Below, in pieces: positions 21,465 through 32,416 of a DNA stretch of 64,000 bases. The first letter of the stretch is position 1. Every line of letters starts with the position of its first letter. The translations under genes and the position numbers were made by a program. The notes beneath the pieces were generated by a model. That model was not told the origin of the DNA. It ran no database searches and worked only from the letters and a program-made list of their open reading frames with translations. This DNA is from Carpediemonas membranifera BICM. Lineage: Eukaryota > Protista > Fornicata. The stretch covers positions 62,001 through 126,000 of the forward strand of contig JAHDYR010000069.1 in the NCBI GenBank assembly GCA_019828565.1, given 5' to 3'.

Positions 21465-22643
21465 ATGGGCAGTTCCCTGAACGCAGAACGGATCAAAAAG
21501 CTCGTCGATAACTGCAAACTAGATGAGCTGCGGCGAATTGGGCAGGAGACAGGGTTCCAGGACGCCAGAATACGCCGCATTGCATGGCCCTACCTAATCC
21601 GAAGCTTCGGCGATGTTAAGAACTTCGAAATCAAAGAGAACACCACTAGTTCATTCTCCGAGCAGATCGCGTTGGACACCAAACGCTCCTGCTTCAAGTA
21701 TTTCGCCTCAGAGAAAGCCTGGGACGAAATGTCCGAGGAATCCCGCGCCAAGGCGCACTCGAAGGTGGAAGAGATGCAAAACAAGCTGAACCGAGTCCTC
21801 AACATGGTGTTCAGCCAGGGCTCTTCGCTCCACTACTACCAAGGCTTCAACGACCTTGCCAACACAGTAATGAGCGTCATCACGGACGAGTCCGAGTGCG
21901 CCCAACTCTGCCACCACCTCGCAGCGAACCAGTTCTCCCTGTGCACCACTCCTTCACTCGCCCCGGTCACTGATGAACTCTCGCTCATCTTCCACATCCT
22001 CGGGTTCAACGAGCAAAAACTGCTCGACCATCTGACTAAGGCGAACTTGAACGACCCATTCTTCGCGGTCGGCTGGGTGCTTACGTGGTTTGCCCACGAC
22101 ATTGACAATACCGAGGCCATTGCCCGCATGTTCGATTTCATGGTTTGCTCCCACCCCTTGGCGGCCGTATACGCGGCTACAGTCGTCGTGCTCGTGGAGA
22201 GAGACGGCGTGCTTGCTCGCGAGGCGGACTATGCTGAAATCTACTCGTTTTTGAGGTCAATCATGACAGAGAGAGACCATGAACGCGAGCAGGAGTGGTC
22301 TAAGGAGGTCCTTAGGGCAACTAGTAAGGTGATAGCCCAGAAGGAGAAGGCCATGGGCCCCCCGCCCCACTTCCTTGGCTACGTTCAGATGATTCTCGAG
22401 CAGACGACCGCGTTGCTCAAGCGTATGCCCCCCGCCTCATTCCACACGTGCACGGACGTTCTCTTCCCCAAGTATCCCATCCTGTGCACATCATTTGATG
22501 AGGAGCACCTCGCCAAGGCCGTGGCACGGCGGGAGAGGCGGCGGGAGCTCACCCGGACTGTGGTTGTGGGGGGTATACTCGGACTGGCAGTGGTTGTGGT
22601 TGTGGCGGTGGCGTCCCAAGGTCGGGCGGAGGGGTATACGTGA
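21465..22643 (+). CDS. TBC-domain Rab GTPase-activating protein, TBC1D20/Gyp8-like, tail-anchored
   Basis: IRRIAWPYL, QIALDTKRS, HYYQGFND, WVLTWFAHD and FDFMVCSHP, plus a C-terminal hydrophobic helix. Confidence 0.85.
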   Translation: MGSSLNAERIKKLVDNCKLDELRRIGQETGFQDARIRRIAWPYLIRSFGDVKNFEIKENTTSSFSEQIALDTKRSCFKYFASEKAWDEMSEESRAKAHSKVEEMQNKLNRVLNMVFSQGSSLHYYQGFNDLANTVMSVITDESECAQLCHHLAANQFSLCTTPSLAPVTDELSLIFHILGFNEQKLLDHLTKANLNDPFFAVGWVLTWFAHDIDNTEAIARMFDFMVCSHPLAAVYAATVVVLVERDGVLAREADYAEIYSFLRSIMTERDHEREQEWSKEVLRATSKVIAQKEKAMGPPPHFLGYVQMILEQTTALLKRMPPASFHTCTDVLFPKYPILCTSFDEEHLAKAVARRERRRELTRTVVVGGILGLAVVVVVAVASQGRAEGYT

Positions 22644-22838
22644 GATCTGGCTCTCTGGCGTTTGTCATGGCTTGGTTTATTGGAAGGCGAGGCTGGTGAG
22701 TAAAGTTACTTATAGGAAACTGGTATTGGTTGGCGTTCGAGGCTGTCCTTGGTGTCTGGGATTCGTGGCGAACCCATACCCGAAGAAATTTCGTCGAAAA
22801 CGCAGCTTAAACACACCGACGCGTATCTCCCCCGGTTC

Positions 22839-25800
22839 ATGGAATCTGGAGAGGAGGACAACGTGTACCTGCCTTCACGGCCAGGAACTGCCGTTCGCTC
22901 GTCGGAGAGCGATGATCTCATTCACAAAGCCATGGCCGAGGTGTCGAGAATGGAACGACTCAGCATGGAGGTGGAACGGGAGAACAACGAGTTCGAGCAG
23001 GAGCTGGACACCATGTCTAGCAAGAACTCTCGTTTCAGCGCGCTCAGAGAGTCGATGCTCGCGCACTCGTTCTCTTCCCCACAAGCCATCGAAACGATGC
23101 GCCGCTCCCCCGAGCCTGAGTCACGGACGCTCGCAGTCAGTTTCTCCGCAGCAGACATATCCAAGCTCAAGGAAATGATCACTGCAACGCCAACTCCATC
23201 CGCTGCTCAGGAAGCTCGCCTCCAAGAGTTGTTGGAGAGAGAAGAAATCCTCAGAAAGTTACAAGATAGCCTTGCCTATCGCGATGGCGAGGTTACCATG
23301 CGCGAGGCTGCAGCCAGGGAGCGCGACGAGGAGCTTGATGCGAGGGAAGAGGCCGTTGAGAGGCGGGAAAAGGGAGTGAAGGAGACTGTCGAAAGCTACG
23401 AAGAAATGGAGCGCGAGCTTGAGGCAGAGATGGATTCGAAGATGGCGCAGCTGGGAAGAAAGGCCGCAGAGGTCAAGGAGAAGGACTCCGAGCTCGAGGC
23501 CAAGGGCGCTGAGCTCGCCCAGAAGGCGACTGACCTCGAGACCGCCACCATTGAGATTGATGAGAAGTCTGCCGCCCTCGCTGGGAAGGACTCCGAGCTC
23601 GAGGCCAAGGACGCTGAGCTCGCCCAGAAGCAGGCCGACCTCGAGATCGCCACCATTGAGATTGAGGAGAAGTCTGCCGCCCTCGCTGGGAAGGACTCCG
23701 AGCTCGAGGCCAAGGGCGCTGAGCTCGCCCAGAAGGCGACTGACCTCGAGATCGCCACCGCTGAGATTGAGGAGAAGTCTGCCGCCCTCGCTGGGAAGGA
23801 CTCCGAGCTCGAGGCCAAGGGCGCTGAGCTCGCCCAGAAGCAGGCTGACCTCGAGTCAAAGGACGCCGAGCTGACCCAGAAGCAGGCTGACCTCGAGACC
23901 GCCACCGCTGAGGTCGGAGAGAAGTCTGCCGCCCTCGCTGAGAAGGACTCCGAGCTCGAGGCCAAGGACGCTGAGCTCGCCCAGAAGGCGACTGACCTCG
24001 AGTCAAAGGACGCCGAGCTGACCCAGAAGCAGGCCGACCTCGAGACCGCCACCATTGAGATTGAGGAGAAGTCTGCCGCCCTCGCTGAGAAGGACTCCGA
24101 GCTCGAGGCCAAGGACGCTGAGCTCGCCCAGAAGCAGGCCGACCTCGAGACCGCCACCATTGAGATTGAGGAGAAGTCTGCCGCCCTCGCTGAGAAGGAC
24201 TCCGAGCTCGAGGCCAAGGGCGCTGAGCTCGCCCAGAAGGCGACTGACCTCGAGTCAAAGGACGCCGAGCTGACCCAGAAGCAGGCCGACCTCGAGACCG
24301 CCACCATTGAGATTGAGGAGAAGTCTGCCGCCCTCGCTGGGAAGGACTCCGAGCTCGAGGCCAAGGACGCTGAGCTCGCCCAGAAGGCGACTGACCTCGA
24401 GTCAAAGGACGCTGAGCTCGCCCAGAAGCAGGCCGACCTCGAGACCGCCACCATTGAGATTGAGGAGAAGTCTGCCGCCCTCGCTGGGAAGGACTCCGAG
24501 CTCGAGTCAAAGGACGCCGAGCTGACCCAGAAGCAGGCTGACCTCGAGTCAAAGGACGCCGAGCTGACCCAGAAGCAGGCCGACCTCGAGACCGCCACCA
24601 TTGAGATTGAGGAGAAGTCTGCCGCCCTCGCTGGGAAGGACTCCGAGCTCGAGGCCAAGGACGCTGAGCTCGCCCAGAAGCAGGCCGACCTCGAGACCGC
24701 CACCATTGAGATTGAGGAGAAGTCTGCCGCCCTCGCTGGGAAGGACTCCGAGCTCGAGGCCAAGGACGCTGAGCTCGCCCAGAAGGCGACTGACCTCGAG
24801 TCAAAGGACGCTGAGCTCGCCCAGAAGCAGGCCGACCTCGAGACCGCCACCATTGAGATTGAGGAGAAGTCTGCCGCCCTCGCTGGGAAGGACTCCGAGC
24901 TCGAGGCCAAGGACGCTGAGCTCGCCCAGAAGGCGACTGACCTCGAGGCCAAGGACGCTGAGCTCGCCCAGAAGCAGGCCGACCTCGAGACCGCCACCAT
25001 TGAGATTGAGGAGAAGTCTGCCGCCCTCGCTGGGAAGGACTCCGAGCTCGAGGCCAAGGGCGCTGAGCTCGCCCAGAAGGCGACTGACCTCGAGTCAAAG
25101 GACGCCGAGCTGACCCAGAAGCAGGCTGACCTCGAGTCAAAGGACGCCGAGCTGACCCAGAAGCAGGCCGACCTCGAGACCGCCACCGCTGAGGTCGGAG
25201 AGAAGTCTGCCGCCCTCGCTGAGAAGGACTCCGAGCTCGAGGCCAAGGGCGCTGAGCTCGCCCAGAAGGCGACTGACCTCGAGTCAAAGGACGCCGAGCT
25301 GACCCAGAAGCAGGCCGACCTCGAGACCGCCACCGCTGAGGTCGGAGAGAAGTCTGCCGCCCTCGCTGAGAAGGACTCCGAGCTCGAGGCCAAGGACGCT
25401 GAGCTCGCCCAGAAGCAGGCCGACCTCGAGATCGCCACCGCTGAGATTGAGGAGAAGTCTGCCGCCCTCGCTGAGAAGGACTCCGAGCTCGAGGCCAAGG
25501 ACGCTGAGCTCGCCCAGAAGGCGACTGACCTCGAGATCGCCACCGCTGAGGTCGGAGAGAAGTCTGCCGCCCTCGCTGGGAAGGACTCCGAGCTCGAGGC
25601 CAAGGGCGCTGAGCTCGCCCAGAAGGCGACTGACCTCGAGTCAAAGGACGCCGAGCTGACCCAGAAGCAGGCCGACCTCGAGACCGCCACCGCTGAGGTC
25701 GGAGAGAAGTCTGCCGCCCTCGCTGAGAAGGACTCCGAGCTCGAGGCCAAGGGCGCTGAGCTCGCCCAGAAGCAGGCCGACCTCGAGATCGCCACCGCTG

Positions 25801-28145
25801 AGATTGAGGAGAAGTCTGCCGCCCTCGCTGAGAAGGACTCCGAGCTCGAGGCCAAGGGCGCTGAGCTCGCCCAGAAGCAGGCCGACCTCGAGATCGCCAC
25901 CGCTGAGATTGAGGAGAAGTCTGCCGCCCTCGCTGAGAAGGACTCCGAGCTCGAGGCCAAGGGCGCTGAGCTCGCCCAGAAGGCGACTGACCTCGAGTCA
26001 AAGGACGCCGAGCTGACCCAGAAGCAGGCCGACCTCGAGATCGCCACCGCTGAGATTGAGGAGAAGTCTGCCGCCCTCGCTGAGAAGGACTCCGAGCTCG
26101 AGGCCAAGGGCGCTGAGCTCGCCCAGAAGCAGGCCGACCTCGAGACCGCCACCATTGAGATTGAGGAGAAGTCTGCCGCCCTCGCTGAGAAGGACTCCGA
26201 GCTCGAGGCCAAGGGCGCTGAGCTCGCCCAGAAGCAGGCCGACCTCGAGATCGCCACCGCTGAGATTGAGGAGAAGTCTGCCGCCCTCGCTGAGAAGGAC
26301 TCCGAGCTCGAGGCCAAGGGCGCTGAGCTCGCCCAGAAGGCGACTGACCTCGAGACCGCCACCGCTGAGGTCGGAGAGAAGTCTGCCGCCCTCGCTGAGA
26401 AGGACTCCGAGCTCGAGGCCAAGGGCGCTGAGCTCGCCCAGAAGCAGGCCGACCTCGAGACCGCCACCATTGAGATTGAGGAGAAGTCTGCCGCCCTCGC
26501 TGAGAAGGACTCCGAGCTCGAGGCCAAGGGCGCTGAGCTCGCCCAGAAGCAGGCCGACCTCGAGACCGCCACCGCCAAGATGGAAGCCGAGCACCGCAAG
26601 ATCGACCAGACGCACCAGAACTCGATCGCACAGATACGGAAAGACAGCGACGACCTGGCCGATCGCGAGCTTGCTTTCGAATCTTTCCAGCTCGAGCAGA
26701 AGGAGGCCCTCGCCGCCCAGTCGAAGCGACTCTCCGCAAGAGACACGCAGCTGACTGAGCGCGAGGCCGAGCTCAAGGCGGCTCAGGCGAAGGCGGATGA
26801 GATGGTGGACGATGTTAGTAACAAGGAGTCGGAACTGAGGCTCCTTGACCATAAGCTGACTTCCCTGCAGCGCCGCATCCAGCGTGAGATGGAGAACATC
26901 AATCAGCAGTGGACCGAACTCCAAGCACGCGATTCATCGGTCAACGACCAGGCGGACGCACTCTTAGACAAGGAGCGCGACCTTTCTCACCGGGCACTAG
27001 AGCTGGATAAGCGAGAGACAGCCATCGCCATGCTCGCGGAAGAGACTCCCTCTGTCACAGAGCTTCAGTATAAGGAACGCGAGAAGAAGCTGATCACGAT
27101 GGAGGCCACGCTGATGGACAAGGAGGCCCGCGTCGCGGAGCTCGAGAAGACGCTGCAGATGCACGATGAGAAGAACCAAAGGGAGATTGAGGACACAGGC
27201 TCGATGCTGACCAGGTTGCAGGCCCTCGAGAAGGAGGCTCACGAGCAGTACGTCGCCGAACACGCGAGAGCTGATACGCTTGACCGCCAACTTAAGAAAA
27301 TCAAATCTGAATCAGATTTGATGCAGTCACAACTGAATGAATCTGAAAGCTCACGCAAGGCCCTCAAGGAGGAGTACCGCGATACCGTAAGCCGCTACGA
27401 GGACCAGATGACGAAGATGGTCGGGGCCATCGATGATGCCGGCCGAGAGATTACTCGGCTCCAGGCCAGACTCCAGCTTGTGGAACGGGAGCGGGATGAT
27501 CTGTCACTATCTTTTGACGGGACAACCACCGTTGGCACTCTCCTCGGCGACATGAACGCGAGTGCTGCTGCCGACAAACTTCGTACCGAGTTGGCCGAGC
27601 AGCGCAGCGTGAACAGCGAGCTCGTCCGGCGGGCCACGGAGCAGGCTAACCGCGCCTCTGTGACTGAAGTGAGGGTGCGTCAGATGGAGACCGAGCTTGC
27701 AGCCACCCGTCGTCTCCTTCTTCTTTCCCAGCGCAGCGAGAGTGTGGCCAAGATGAAGCTGGCAGGCAATGACAAGGTCCAGGATATTCCTGAGTCTGCT
27801 CTTGTTGGACAGTTGAGGGAGGCACTTGACGAGAGCAAGCGGACGAGTGCCAGGCTAACTGAGGATTTACTAGAAGAGGCGACTGGGCTGAGGAAGGCGC
27901 TGGGCGAGGTTCAAACCATGCTTGGGGAGAAGCAGGCCGAGTCGGCTGGGTATTTGACTGAGATTTCTTCACTGAAGGCGAGCTTGAAGAAGGCGACCCT
28001 CTCCATCCGCGGGTCGACCATGGAGTTTGCCGAGCAGACCCGACCCCTGGGCGCGGAGGAGTCGATCGCCGAGTATATCAAGAGGCAGCGGATGTCGTTG
28101 TCGACCCGCACGCAGAGATTTACGGAGAGCATGTTTATACAGTAG
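22839..28145 (+). CDS. Large coiled-coil protein with central heptad-multiple repeat array
   Basis: Uninterrupted ORF of about 1770 aa, E/K/L/A-rich. Start uncertain (frame is open from 22749). Confidence 0.8.
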   Translation: MESGEEDNVYLPSRPGTAVRSSESDDLIHKAMAEVSRMERLSMEVERENNEFEQELDTMSSKNSRFSALRESMLAHSFSSPQAIETMRRSPEPESRTLAVSFSAADISKLKEMITATPTPSAAQEARLQELLEREEILRKLQDSLAYRDGEVTMREAAARERDEELDAREEAVERREKGVKETVESYEEMERELEAEMDSKMAQLGRKAAEVKEKDSELEAKGAELAQKATDLETATIEIDEKSAALAGKDSELEAKDAELAQKQADLEIATIEIEEKSAALAGKDSELEAKGAELAQKATDLEIATAEIEEKSAALAGKDSELEAKGAELAQKQADLESKDAELTQKQADLETATAEVGEKSAALAEKDSELEAKDAELAQKATDLESKDAELTQKQADLETATIEIEEKSAALAEKDSELEAKDAELAQKQADLETATIEIEEKSAALAEKDSELEAKGAELAQKATDLESKDAELTQKQADLETATIEIEEKSAALAGKDSELEAKDAELAQKATDLESKDAELAQKQADLETATIEIEEKSAALAGKDSELESKDAELTQKQADLESKDAELTQKQADLETATIEIEEKSAALAGKDSELEAKDAELAQKQADLETATIEIEEKSAALAGKDSELEAKDAELAQKATDLESKDAELAQKQADLETATIEIEEKSAALAGKDSELEAKDAELAQKATDLEAKDAELAQKQADLETATIEIEEKSAALAGKDSELEAKGAELAQKATDLESKDAELTQKQADLESKDAELTQKQADLETATAEVGEKSAALAEKDSELEAKGAELAQKATDLESKDAELTQKQADLETATAEVGEKSAALAEKDSELEAKDAELAQKQADLEIATAEIEEKSAALAEKDSELEAKDAELAQKATDLEIATAEVGEKSAALAGKDSELEAKGAELAQKATDLESKDAELTQKQADLETATAEVGEKSAALAEKDSELEAKGAELAQKQADLEIATAEIEEKSAALAEKDSELEAKGAELAQKQADLEIATAEIEEKSAALAEKDSELEAKGAELAQKATDLESKDAELTQKQADLEIATAEIEEKSAALAEKDSELEAKGAELAQKQADLETATIEIEEKSAALAEKDSELEAKGAELAQKQADLEIATAEIEEKSAALAEKDSELEAKGAELAQKATDLETATAEVGEKSAALAEKDSELEAKGAELAQKQADLETATIEIEEKSAALAEKDSELEAKGAELAQKQADLETATAKMEAEHRKIDQTHQNSIAQIRKDSDDLADRELAFESFQLEQKEALAAQSKRLSARDTQLTEREAELKAAQAKADEMVDDVSNKESELRLLDHKLTSLQRRIQREMENINQQWTELQARDSSVNDQADALLDKERDLSHRALELDKRETAIAMLAEETPSVTELQYKEREKKLITMEATLMDKEARVAELEKTLQMHDEKNQREIEDTGSMLTRLQALEKEAHEQYVAEHARADTLDRQLKKIKSESDLMQSQLNESESSRKALKEEYRDTVSRYEDQMTKMVGAIDDAGREITRLQARLQLVERERDDLSLSFDGTTTVGTLLGDMNASAAADKLRTELAEQRSVNSELVRRATEQANRASVTEVRVRQMETELAATRRLLLLSQRSESVAKMKLAGNDKVQDIPESALVGQLREALDESKRTSARLTEDLLEEATGLRKALGEVQTMLGEKQAESAGYLTEISSLKASLKKATLSIRGSTMEFAEQTRPLGAEESIAEYIKRQRMSLSTRTQRFTESMFIQ
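23478..26576 (+). repeat. Coding minisatellite built from 84-nt and 21-nt modules
   Basis: Near-identical repeats encoding EKDSELEAKGAELAQKQADLETATIEIEEKSAALA with optional LESKDAELTQKQAD inserts. Confidence 0.95.
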
Positions 28146-28624
28146 GTTTGTACAGTAAAGCAGGTTATTAGACCCAAAGAGCGGTGGTATGCTACACAGC
28201 TTCCAACCCCTCTGCCTTGGCTGTCCATTTGGGAACAGACCAAGCAAACTCAGGAGCAAGGGATGTGGGCAAGCCAGTAGTATCGCCGATGGCTTTGCTT
28301 GCCACTCAAAGACAGCCGGCTCAACCACGACTTGGGATAAATCGCGAAGTCGAATCACGGAGTCGGTGCCAAGCATGAGGTCCAGGGAACGGATTCACTA
28401 GCGCTGTGTGTGTGAAGGGCCGAGTGATGATGTGAGTCAGTGATAGGAGTCGCTCGAGTCGTGTGCGATTGACGCGGCGAGAGGTTGCCTTTTCTTTTTA
28501 TTTCTCTGAGGCGGTCGGCCGGGTGCTCGATCCCCGCGCCAGTAAATCCTTCCCTCGGACCGAATCGCAGGCTAACCGACTCGTCGCAGTCATCCTGCGA
28601 ACCGACGCCGATGATGGTGCCTCA

Positions 28625-29137
28625 ATGCTTGAAGAAACCGTGAAAAGGATTGAGCAGACGATCACAGACCGGAATAATGTCCCTCGCGAAGACCTAGTGC
28701 CTCAGAACCTCCCGATTGTGCTCAACGAGAATACCGAGCTCGTTATCGACGAGGGCAAGCTTGAAACAGAACTCACAAGCCTTCCCTCCAGTTTACAAGC
28801 AAACTATCGTGCTCAAATCAAGCAGAGCGTCATCCAACGCTCAGCTGACTTCCTCTCGCATGTTCGAGCACTCGAGAAGCGCCGCCTCCTCTTGCCTCGC
28901 CAGCGTCGCCTTCACATCCTACCCAAGCTGTGCCTTCTAGACCTAGCTCCGCTACTCGTGGAGGTCCCATCCGGCCATAAGGTGCACTTTTTGTGCGCGG
29001 TAAGGAGTCGAGGTGGGACATTCGAGGTCGACGATGAGTTATTCGAGGCTATTGGGCTGTTGAATGAGTGGAAGGAGGAGGAAAAGATACTGGCGCGGAG
29101 CTTGATTGAGGAGTATGTCGCGACCGTCGCCATCTGA
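28625..29137 (+). CDS. Hypothetical protein
   Basis: ORF with plausible composition from ATG 28625. No motif recognised. Confidence 0.5.
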   Translation: MLEETVKRIEQTITDRNNVPREDLVPQNLPIVLNENTELVIDEGKLETELTSLPSSLQANYRAQIKQSVIQRSADFLSHVRALEKRRLLLPRQRRLHILPKLCLLDLAPLLVEVPSGHKVHFLCAVRSRGGTFEVDDELFEAIGLLNEWKEEEKILARSLIEEYVATVAI

Positions 29138-29193
29138 CCGCCCGCGTCGCTTGCCACAGGTTTACCGAGACTCGTGCCAAAGTGCCGCGCCGT

Positions 29194-30775
29194 TCACATA
29201 AACACCGGTCTGACATCCACCATCGCCTCTGGCACCGGAACTGACACCACCGGCTCCAGCTCTGCCTCCTCGTGGGTCACGGCGAGCACGCGATAGCACT
29301 GGCCCTGGGTATCCTCCACCGCGTCAAGGCCGCAGAAGCTGACCCGCGCCACCTCAAAGGGGAGCGTGAAGCGCCGCTTGGTACGCTGCCAGCAGTGAGA
29401 CATGCCCGGGGTGGTCCATACGAGAATGGCGAACTCGCAGTAAAACCTGCTGACCGGCCCGTCGCCTGGGAACTGTAGCGGAGTGAATGCGGGGACGAGT
29501 TCTCCGAACCTATGGGATGGCAGCAGTCTGAACGCAGGCAGGGACCCTGGCACACGGCCGGCGAAAAAGAGCTTGCCCTCACTGACAACGATGTTAAATT
29601 CGTCTTCAGAGGCAGCGATTCGATCAATAAATAGCGGGGCTGGTGCTACCTGGCTGACCTCAAAGTGTCCGAGCCCAGCCTGTCCATGAATGTTTCGACC
29701 CAAAATATACTGCTGGCCCTCATGAGAAAGGACGATGATATGCTGGCCGTTGATGAGACTGTCTGGTACGATGCTGTTGGGCAGACATACAGGGATGAAA
29801 CAGCGGCTGAGGGCGTCCGAATGGATCAATTCGCGGCCGGTCACCATGGCGCCGGCCAGTGTGAGGATCGTGGTGCGATTGTACCTAATCGACACATCTG
29901 TCACCATCCTGTGCTTCTCCCAGGCGGGCAGGCTGGCCTCGAGCTCGGCGACATCGGGGCAGGCGGGGAAGGCGAGGCGGGTCGGATCGGCGACCTCGAA
30001 TGACCAAAATCCCAGCTGGCCAAGTCCGCTGCCCCCCCCAGCCCCACAGACCTTTGGGCGTCCTGGCGATGTGGGTGATCTCGTTGCTGTGGACCTCGAT
30101 GGCCCTGGGCATCCTGGCTCTGGTGAGGGCGGTGTGCCTGGCAGTGTCGAGCATGAAGAGTCGGCCCATGTACATGCGGTGGTGGTATCCAACGTACTGG
30201 AAACTCTCGCCGTCCTTCTCGGCGACGTTCAGCGAGAAGAAGAACTTGCGGCAGAGGAACCAGAGGCACTTGGCCTCGGGCGTGAGAGCCTTGCGGATTA
30301 TGTTATGCATCTCGGTATTGTATGGAAACATCTTTCGAGCCTCGTCCAGCACCCTGTTCTCGAGGTCGGGGTTGGCCCCGCCGCCCAGCAGACACGCCCA
30401 CACCGCGCCCTGGTTCAGCGTGTGCATGGTGGACGGGAGCTCCTCGCCGTCCGCGAGCTCAATGTTCATGGACAGCGGGGGGCCGCTGGTGAGGATCGAG
30501 CGGGCGCGGTCGAGGAGGGCTTGCGCGGTTGGTTTGAGATGGGGGAGATTGGAGAGCGTGGCGAGGAGGGATTCGAGAGAAGCGACGCTCGCTGGTGCAG
30601 AAGTGCTATCTGTATTGTGGAACGAGGGCATCTGCTCGCCGAAGTGTCTGGAGTAGGCGCACTGGAGCAACGAGGGGATGTCCCCGGAGATGGAGGCCGT
30701 TGCGGTGAGTGAGGCGCGGAATGCGGAGCTCAGCGCATCTCTGATGGCCGATGGCGAGGAACTAGCGCTGCTCAT
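29194..30775 (-). CDS. RCC1-like repeat protein of a multicopy family (one frameshift in the G run near 30031-30038)
   Basis: GLWGWG-SGLGQLG and ILGRNIHGQAGLGH RCC1-type motifs. The two ORFs join at the homopolymer. Confidence 0.7.
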
Positions 30776-31033
30776 GGCTTTCAGCGCTCAGTATGATGTT
30801 GCCAAATTCTGACTGACGACTCGCAGACCACCGACGCCAGCTGCGAACCAGACGCGACGCCGCGAGTCACGATTACAGCAGCTATACAAGCTGGATCCGG
30901 CACCCAAGCTGCAGAGCGGTCCCGCCCCACCGACTCTCTCCATACGGCTGTCTTTCTGAAGCTGACTGACGGCATGCTAGTCTATTTACTCAGCAAACAG
31001 CAGTCGAACATGATGAAACACCAACCTCACTCT

Positions 31034-32164
31034 CTAAAACTCGTCGTCCTCGAAGTCATCCTCGAACTCGATGTCGTCGAGGTCGCTGAAGTCCTCAAGC
31101 TCCCCCTCCAGGTCGATCTCATCCTCCTCCTCCTCCTCAGGTGCAGTATATGTCACTGCAGGCCGCTTAACCTGCTGGAGGACGTCGAGACCGGCAGACG
31201 ACAGGCTGAGGCCGTCCGCACTTTTGTCCAAGGACCCAGCCAGAGGGTTCCCACGGCCCATAGGCCCGCCGCTGAGCGGGGGGAGCGACTTGCTCGGGTT
31301 GGGTGTGATCCCCTTCGACAGGTCGGGCAGGCTCGGCTTATCGAAACCGATGCCGCCAGTCAGCTGGTAGATTCCATTTGTGCTCTCCATCTGAGCAAGC
31401 TCCGGCCTCATCTCAGTCCGGATGTCCGGAGACTTAGGTGATTCGCGATTGACTGAGCTCGTACCCAGGTCAGAGAGGCCGGTGAGCGACGTGGCGCTGA
31501 ACGAGGGCATGTCGGTCGACTCGGACCCCTGGTAGTTTCCGTACGTCCGATTAAACGTGTGTGTGCGGTCAAAGTAGCTCTCACCGTCTCTCTCATTATC
31601 TCTCTGCTTGATCTCGTCAGCCTCGAGCTTCTCTTCATGTTCAGGCTCCTCGTCAGAGTGAATCTCGTCACCCTCCTCCTCCTCAGCGGAAGCACCGGTA
31701 TCATCGGCGAAGCGTGGCTGAGCAGTAAGGAAGGTGGATCCCGTCATCTTTTGGACCGGAGCGCTAATGGACGGCATAGCCTTGAGCGAGGGGGCAGCCT
31801 GGCCGAGAGCAGCCGAGGCGGACTTCTTTGAGGATAGCATGGCCCGTATGAGGCAGGGCTCGGTCGGGGAGGCGGACTGAGGCAGACGAGCGCGGACTTG
31901 CTCGGCTGTAGGCAAGCTTTCACTGTCAAGCTCAACTGAGATCACTTTCTTAGTGTTCTTCAGGCCTTTAGCGTCTAGCCAGTCCATGATCATAACAGCG
32001 ATCATTTCATCGTTCTGGTCAAGCTCAATTGGCTCACGAGAAACATTCTTCCCCTTTTCAGCAATACAATACACGTAGGCTCGGAGCTGCGCCTGCAGCT
32101 CGCTATAAATACCAGTAGATTTCATCTCATCCCGGACAATGGCGGCCAACTCCGACGCCGACAT
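31034..32164 (-). CDS. FOP/CEP43-like centrosomal protein (TOF/LisH N-terminus, acidic tail)
   Basis: EMKSTGIYSELQAQLRAYVY and MIMDWLDAKGLKNTKKVISVE match the FOP/FOR20/OFD1 N-terminal pattern. Confidence 0.65.
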   Translation of the reverse strand: MSASELAAIVRDEMKSTGIYSELQAQLRAYVYCIAEKGKNVSREPIELDQNDEMIAVMIMDWLDAKGLKNTKKVISVELDSESLPTAEQVRARLPQSASPTEPCLIRAMLSSKKSASAALGQAAPSLKAMPSISAPVQKMTGSTFLTAQPRFADDTGASAEEEEGDEIHSDEEPEHEEKLEADEIKQRDNERDGESYFDRTHTFNRTYGNYQGSESTDMPSFSATSLTGLSDLGTSSVNRESPKSPDIRTEMRPELAQMESTNGIYQLTGGIGFDKPSLPDLSKGITPNPSKSLPPLSGGPMGRGNPLAGSLDKSADGLSLSSAGLDVLQQVKRPAVTYTAPEEEEEDEIDLEGELEDFSDLDDIEFEDDFEDDEF

Positions 32165-32416
32165 AGTTCCAATTTTTGGCAGGATTTCTCAAACCTGCAC
32201 AATTGAACAGGGCGCTCCAGGGGCACCATCGGCTTCATGAGTCCGATAAACATTGGTTTGAGGACTTGGTGACTGGCTTTGAGCTGCTGCCATTCAGGGT
32301 CGGTCTGGGTGATGTCCTGCTGTTGTTCTCGCTTGTCAGCATCTCAAATGGACAAAACCCAGCAACCAGGCAATGTGGATCAAACCACGCTCCGTCTAAT
32401 TTACTCAACATAGCAC

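Noticed and set aside
23396-26776. Two antisense ORFs over 1000 aa
   Set aside because: By-products of a stop-free repeat unit on the opposite strand of the coiled-coil gene.
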